DNA from: Clostridiales bacterium
Lineage (GTDB): Bacteria; Bacillota; Clostridia; Christensenellales; UBA1242
NCBI GenBank assembly: GCA_015055535.1
Contig: SVIA01000004.1
Coordinates: 1,421-65,420 of the forward strand
Direction: 5' to 3'
Length of the DNA stretch: 64,000 bases
Shown piece after piece: positions 59,511 to 64,000 of this stretch. Position numbers and translations under genes: made by a program. Numbering within the stretch: position 1 is the stretch's first letter; each line of letters begins with the position of its first letter. The notes beneath the pieces are model-generated. The model searched no databases, had not been told where the DNA came from, and was given only the letters and a program-made list of their open reading frames with translations.

Positions 59511-60206
59511 ATGAAAGAACTTGTTACAGATAGATTTGTAATAAATTTTCAAGAAGGTCTAGAAGGTTTTATCAAAAATTCATTAAAAATTGTTGAACAA
59601 CAAATGCCTTTATTGGAAAAATTGTTTCTATCTGAAGTTACAGAAGTTGAAAAACTTAAGGCTTCTTTTTTTATAACAAGAAAAGATTTTGTTGAGTATA
59701 TTAAATCAATTTCAAATGGAAGAACACCACCAGAATGGGCAACTGGTTGCTTTTATAATGGTGAAATTCAAACATTATTAAATATTAATAACGAAGAAGA
59801 TATGAAATATAAAATTTATACATTAACGCACGAAATGGTGCATTTATATATTCAAAAACTTGTTTATGAAAAATATAAAATAGATAGAATAAGATGGTTT
59901 GATGAGAGCTATGCGTCATATATTGGTGGGCACATAAAAAACATGACAAAACAAAAATTACAAACAATATGTGAACAATTAAAAACTTTTAGTCAATTTG
60001 ATTTGAATATTCTTGATGATATTAAAAAAGTAAGAACAACAGAATATGATGGATATAATATGTTTTTGGTGATAGGAAAGTATTTATTTGAAAATAATTT
60101 AGATAAAGATTATATTGAATTATTAAAAATTAATCCAGAAGAAATAAGAAAAGAAGGGAAAAGTATTTTAAAAAAAGCTATAGAGTATGTATTAAAAAGC
60201 TTATAG
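59511..60206 (+). CDS. putative zinc metallopeptidase (HExxH...E)
   Basis: LTHEMVHLY with a downstream WFDESYASY (gluzincin-like spacing). TAGGAGA SD. The stop TAG lies in the degenerate junction TTATAGTGTAATAA. Confidence 0.55.
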   Translation: MKELVTDRFVINFQEGLEGFIKNSLKIVEQQMPLLEKLFLSEVTEVEKLKASFFITRKDFVEYIKSISNGRTPPEWATGCFYNGEIQTLLNINNEEDMKYKIYTLTHEMVHLYIQKLVYEKYKIDRIRWFDESYASYIGGHIKNMTKQKLQTICEQLKTFSQFDLNILDDIKKVRTTEYDGYNMFLVIGKYLFENNLDKDYIELLKINPEEIRKEGKSILKKAIEYVLKSL

Positions 60207-60310
60207 TGTAATAAATCATGGTAAATTACTCCATTTCGCTCCTGGATTATTTTGGCCATTAAAAAAATGTCAAAAAGTTGAATTAGTAAACTAGCATAAA
60301 GGCAATAATA

Positions 60311-60427
60311 AATGGGTTATTTATATACAACTTGTTTTATCATAAGTTTATATTTGATATGTATTATAATATTGGTTTTTATGAAATGTTGGCGACAATT
60401 AAAATAAATAATAATTTAAAAGTATAG
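60311..60427 (+). pseudogene. 3' fragment of a RimJ/RimL-type GNAT gene
   Basis: Frame reads ..FYHKFIFDMYYNIGFYEMLA.., alignable to the C-terminus HEFRFDKFFNVGYYEMLE of 55485..56024. No N-terminal part is present. Confidence 0.35.
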
Positions 60428-60557
60428 GTTTAATATATAAATTACATTATTATAATTTTTATTTGTTAAAGTAATTAAAAATTTATATATTGACATTGAG
60501 AATAAAATATAGTATAATGCTTAAAATTAATAAATTAATTTATTTAAGGAGATAAAA

Positions 60558-61232
60558 ATGAAAGAGTTTTATGGATTGTTTGGAGAGGAATTTACATTAA
60601 AAATGGTTAATCAAATTAACACATCTTCTCATTATGTTAAAGATGTAAAATTACAATCTCTTCCAGCAGATTATGATGAACCAAATGAAAAATTTGTACT
60701 AGACGAACCAGCAAAAAAAAGAGAATATTTGTCGCCTAGAGCAAAAACTATTGATGGTACTATATATCATAATGGTTATCCTTGTTATATTGGAAATTAT
60801 AAGTATCGCTCAGCAATATATAAATCAATGGGTGGTTTAATCATACTTCCAGTTTATAGTCTAGAAAATGATGATTATCTTTGTGCATATTTAAGAAATA
60901 TAAAAGGTTTTGTTATACTAAATAAGGACTTGGAAATTATTTATAAAAATCTTAATACATCATATGAATATTTTAGCAACAAACAAGAATTTTATGATTT
61001 CCTTCATGATTATGGCCCAACCGCATTACAATTTGTGAATCCAGAAGATTTTAATCTTGTAACTCAAAATGCTTTAAGAAGAGTTTACTCTTTAAGAGAA
61101 CAAACACTAAAAGATAATGAAGTTGATTCAGTTGAAATATTAAAAGATAAAGAATTATTTAATAAAGCATTTAATATTTTGAAAAAAGAATATCAAAAAA
61201 TTCAAGAAAAAACTGATAGCAAGGAATGTTAA
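60558..61232 (+). CDS. hypothetical protein
   Basis: TTGACA-17nt-TATAAT promoter at 60491-60519. AAGGAG SD. 224-codon ORF. Confidence 0.55.
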   Translation: MKEFYGLFGEEFTLKMVNQINTSSHYVKDVKLQSLPADYDEPNEKFVLDEPAKKREYLSPRAKTIDGTIYHNGYPCYIGNYKYRSAIYKSMGGLIILPVYSLENDDYLCAYLRNIKGFVILNKDLEIIYKNLNTSYEYFSNKQEFYDFLHDYGPTALQFVNPEDFNLVTQNALRRVYSLREQTLKDNEVDSVEILKDKELFNKAFNILKKEYQKIQEKTDSKEC

Positions 61233-61336
61233 TGCTTAAATTTTAAGTTTAATAAAAAAGTAAAATTTAATTAGTATTGGTATTAACATAATTAAGTTAA
61301 TAATAGTTTAATAATTAATATATAATTATAATAAAA

Positions 61337-61364
61337 TAACACGGGAATTTCCGTGTTATTTTTA
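61337..61364. terminator. hairpin terminator
   Basis: ataacacgg-gaattt-ccgtgttat plus T-run. Confidence 0.6.
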
Positions 61365-61799
61365 TAAAAAGGTTTTTAATGAGTCAACAAATTCTTCTTC
61401 ATAGCTTACTACATCTTTAGCAATAGACAATAATTCTTTGTTTTTGGAGTTAAATTCATTCATTGCTTTTAGGGTATCTGTTATTCCCATTGTTGTACCC
61501 TGAATAAGCATTTCGGCAAGTTTTGGTGAATCATTGTTAATTAAAGTTTTTGTTTTTATGCTTACATATGACATGCCTTTTAAAATGGGATTTATATCCT
61601 TTAATTCAAAACTCATAGTTTTGGCAAATTGCTCAACTTTTTCAACCGTGTTAAGATAATATTTATTTTGTTTTCTTAAAAGTTCAGCTAGTTTAATATT
61701 TTCAATTTTTTCAATAATACAATCTATTGCAAAGCTTGCCATTCTAACATTTTCATAAACTCTGTTTGCTAGTTCAATTTCATTATTTTTTTGTTCCAT
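61362..61799 (-). CDS. hypothetical helical protein
   Basis: AAAGGAG SD on the minus strand. 145-codon ORF. Confidence 0.55.
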   Translation of the reverse strand: MEQKNNEIELANRVYENVRMASFAIDCIIEKIENIKLAELLRKQNKYYLNTVEKVEQFAKTMSFELKDINPILKGMSYVSIKTKTLINNDSPKLAEMLIQGTTMGITDTLKAMNEFNSKNKELLSIAKDVVSYEEEFVDSLKTFL

Positions 61800-62009
61800 A
61801 TTTACTCCTTTAATTTATTTTTTACCTAAATCAAATTTTTATGTATATATTTTGTTGTTAAAATAACTTCGTTTAGTATTAAATAGAGTTTATGTTTTAA
61901 ACTTAATAGTTTTAAAAGTGAAATATATGTCGTTGAATAAGCATATAAAAAGTATTACATATTAAAAAAAAGTTGTATTAACATACAACTTTTAAATTTT
62001 ATTTTTAGT

Positions 62010-62363
62010 TTATTTTTGTTCTAATTCTTCTTTATAACAAACAAGGTGTTTTCTTAAATTGTTTTCAACTTCAACCAAATTTGGGTTTTCATGAACAACT
62101 TCTAATAATTTTTTAAAATTATTTTTATCAATAGTTTTTCCATATCTATCATCGCATAAATCAAGCGAAACAATTAATTCTGCAATTTGTTTAATTGTTC
62201 TTTCATCATCTGATTTAAGAGTATTAATTGCTTTTGTTACTTTTCTTAAAGATGAATTTCTATAAAATTTACTTGTTTCCCAAAATTGTTTTAACTCTGC
62301 TTTCCAGCAAGCCAATATTTCTGTTAATGATTTATTGTCGTTTTCGTCATTAAAATCTCTCAT
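62010..62363 (-). CDS. hypothetical protein
   Basis: TAGGAGAAAAAC SD region. 117-codon ORF. Confidence 0.5.
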   Translation of the reverse strand: MRDFNDENDNKSLTEILACWKAELKQFWETSKFYRNSSLRKVTKAINTLKSDDERTIKQIAELIVSLDLCDDRYGKTIDKNNFKKLLEVVHENPNLVEVENNLRKHLVCYKEELEQK

Positions 62364-62480
62364 GTGTTTTTCTCCTATAAAAATATGTTAACACTTATAG
62401 TCCATTTTGTCAAGATGCAAATTAATTTTTTAATTATAATAATTATAATTTATAGTTAAAAACATATAAAAAAGCATATG

Positions 62481-62813
62481 TTACATATGCTTTTTTCTAT
62501 ATTTATTCAATGTTGTTAGCCACAATAAAAGTTCTTGATGTTTTTCTATTATCTCTTTGTTGGTATTGTTTTTAATTACATCTTTAGTGTGCTCAATTGC
62601 TTCCATTAGTGTCATATATCCTTCAAGAAGGGGATTTTCTTTGTTTATTCCAATTTTACCCATTTCGTAGTCGCTCAATTCTATCAGCCAGTCTAAAATT
62701 TGTTGATGCTGGTTCGCACATTCCAAACAAGAAAAAGTGCTTTCATTTTGTTTTTTAATAAGTAGTTTTAATTGATAAATTTCGTTTTTCAAATTTTTAT
62801 TATTAATTTTCAT
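62481..62813 (-). CDS. hypothetical protein, probably leaderless
   Basis: The ATG at 62813 is preceded by TGTTATAAT, 6 nt upstream, with no SD. The TTG at 62831 is unlikely. Confidence 0.5.
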   Translation of the reverse strand: MKINNKNLKNEIYQLKLLIKKQNESTFSCLECANQHQQILDWLIELSDYEMGKIGINKENPLLEGYMTLMEAIEHTKDVIKNNTNKEIIEKHQELLLWLTTLNKYRKKHM

Positions 62814-62912
62814 GCTCTTATTATAACACAAACTTTATTTACTTGTCTAATTAAAAAGATGTTTCCGTTGATTTTACGCCTCTTTTTTGATATACTAACA
62901 CAAGGGGTAATT

Positions 62913-63155
62913 ATGAATATTGGTATAGATTTAGACGGCGTACTTTTTGACAGCTAAAGCGTATATGAATCATATGCTGGGTTTTACGATTTATATATTA
63001 ACGGAAAAGGAATTGTTAATAAAGATGAAATTTGAATGCAAAAAAATATTCTTGGTCAAAAATGTGGATTACTTTTGGGCAAGAAAAATATAGTTACGAT
63101 GAAAATTTTTTAAAAATTTCAAACTATATTAAAAATAATAAAATTAAAAGATCTT
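62913..63155 (+). pseudogene. disrupted HAD-family 5'(3')-deoxyribonucleotidase-like gene
   Basis: MNIGIDLDGVLFDS (HAD DxD motif), then TAA at 62955. Coding-like sequence continues in other frames (..YSWSKMWITFGQEKYSYDENF..). Confidence 0.5.
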
Positions 63156-63205
63156 GATTTTTATATAATCCTGTAGTATAATTAAGAATAAAATAAGGAG
63201 AAAAT

Positions 63206-64000
63206 ATGTTAACACTTCAACATTCATTAATAACACTATTTGCTTTAAATGGAAATGAAAAACAATTTAAAGAAGAATTGCCATATGTTTTATTGCCAGA
63301 CGCTATAAGAAAATACTTAACAAATAGAAAATATGGGCATTTTGAATTATCGCACGATAAAAAAGATGTTTCTTGGCTTAAATATCCAATAGATATTAAA
63401 AACTTATCGAGCGAAATATTTGATATGGCGGAAAAACATTTGGTATCTGATTTGAGCCCTTGTGTTTTGGGTGAAATAACTCAAGTTGAAAGCTTTGAAA
63501 AACACAATTCTCATTTGCCAATTGTTTATTTTGCGGGAGTAAAAAAACATTTAATTCAAGATAGACTTAATGATGTGTTTATAAGAAAAATAATTGATTG
63601 TAGCAAAATGTATGAAGATATATTTGTTTTTAAAGGCAAAGAATATACTGGAACAGAAATTCGAAAAATAATTAGCGAAATAGAAAATTATGGCTTTTAT
63701 ATTTTAAGTTCTATGTTGTATGATGCTTTTAATATTACAACAAACCAAGAATGGTTTGATAAAAATGTAAAACCAGTTTTGGATAAGGCTTATGGAGAAG
63801 AATTATCTAATGCTACATATCGTTTTATGAAAATACCAGAAGACATTAATGAAAAAATTACTAATCATGACTTTTCGAACTTAGATAAAAATATAATTGA
63901 TATAAATATTTATTTAAATATGTATAAATTAGTAGTAGAGAGTATGAAACAGGTTGATGTTGAGAGAATAAAAAAAGAAAAAACCAATAATGAGAATATA
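63206..64000 (+). CDS. hypothetical protein (3' end beyond window)
   Basis: AAGGAG SD. ATG at 63206. Open frame runs to the window edge (265 codons). Not in the ORF track because no stop is present. Confidence 0.55.
   Translation, partial: MLTLQHSLITLFALNGNEKQFKEELPYVLLPDAIRKYLTNRKYGHFELSHDKKDVSWLKYPIDIKNLSSEIFDMAEKHLVSDLSPCVLGEITQVESFEKHNSHLPIVYFAGVKKHLIQDRLNDVFIRKIIDCSKMYEDIFVFKGKEYTGTEIRKIISEIENYGFYILSSMLYDAFNITTNQEWFDKNVKPVLDKAYGEELSNATYRFMKIPEDINEKITNHDFSNLDKNIIDINIYLNMYKLVVESMKQVDVERIKKEKTNNENI

Larger units (their letters stand above)
53631..60230 (+). mobile_element. putative cassette array accreted at the ftsW 3' end
   Basis: Eight co-oriented single-gene units. Five displaced ftsW-tail repeats. 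Recurring junction motif and terminator/promoter module. No recombinase seen. Confidence 0.55.

Noticed and set aside
2096-59967. Short antisense or alternative-frame ORFs in the track (e.g. 2096-2299, 2609-2803, 5579-5893, 6955-7155, 7645-8079, 9246-9527, 9783-10115, 10421-10621, 11403-11609, 13399-13587, 19596-19826, 20221-20421, 32339-32587, 33750-34052, 34533-34751, 36054-36380, 39727-40065, 40324-40506, 40534-40749, 42296-42478, 47110-47394, 48407-48778, 51322-51552, 54477-54683, 58860-59072, 59785-59967)
   Set aside because: All lie inside, or opposite to, longer ORFs with clear homology or strong SDs. Their products are low-complexity F/L/I/K-rich strings, as expected from an AT-rich shadow frame.
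1-64000. Mollicutes-type genetic code (TGA = Trp), suggested by the very low GC content
   Set aside because: Full-length conserved proteins are obtained with the standard code. Trp is encoded by TGG. TGA terminates genes at 18180-18182 and 22274-22276, with ATGA-type overlaps.
1-64000. Integrase, transposase or other recombinase that could drive the ftsW cassette array
   Set aside because: I looked through all ORF translations and recognised no tyrosine or serine recombinase, DDE or HUH motifs. WhiA has a LAGLIDADG-derived fold but is a conserved regulator located far from the array. Absence from this window says nothing about the rest of the genome.

Overview
AT-rich chromosome segment that uses the standard genetic code: TGA acts as a stop at 18180-18182 and 22274-22276, and Trp is TGG. 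Gene order looks Bacillota-like (holB-yaaT-yabB-rsmI, dnaE-pfkA, rplM-rpsI, and a dcw cluster). Most of the window is housekeeping: murC, rpmE-prmC-prfA, uvrC, murB, a PHP phosphatase, whiA, dnaE, pfkA, greA, holB, rsmI, tkt, PFOR, truA, degV, trxB, ung, a Bacillus-type SRP RNA on the minus strand, and rsmH-ftsL-pbp-murE-mraY-murD-ftsW. I found no tRNA, rRNA, CRISPR array, transposase or integrase. The stand-out region follows ftsW (53.5-60.2 kb). It is a co-oriented array of single-gene cassettes: a GH10 hydrolase, three GNAT acetyltransferases, a rhomboid-like membrane protein, an HExxH protein and hypotheticals. The cassettes are separated by five extra copies of the last ~130 nt of ftsW. 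Each copy is headed by a conserved stop-rich junction motif (TAGTGCAATAACT), and most are followed by a shared TGTATACA hairpin plus extended -10 promoter module. The displaced ftsW tails differ from the resident tail almost only at synonymous codon positions, so they appear to come from different functional ftsW alleles. I read this as an integron-like, 3'-end-replacing cassette accretion site with no recognisable recombinase in the window. Secondary items: a divergent Cys-rich peptide / ArsR pair; tandem paralogs with matching promoters; an orphan promoter-to-terminator sRNA candidate; a possible HEPN-like + CBS fusion; a two-gene islet bracketed by double hairpins next to the SRP RNA; a P-loop-less shikimate-kinase-like gene; several apparently leaderless genes; and decaying gene fragments at the right end.
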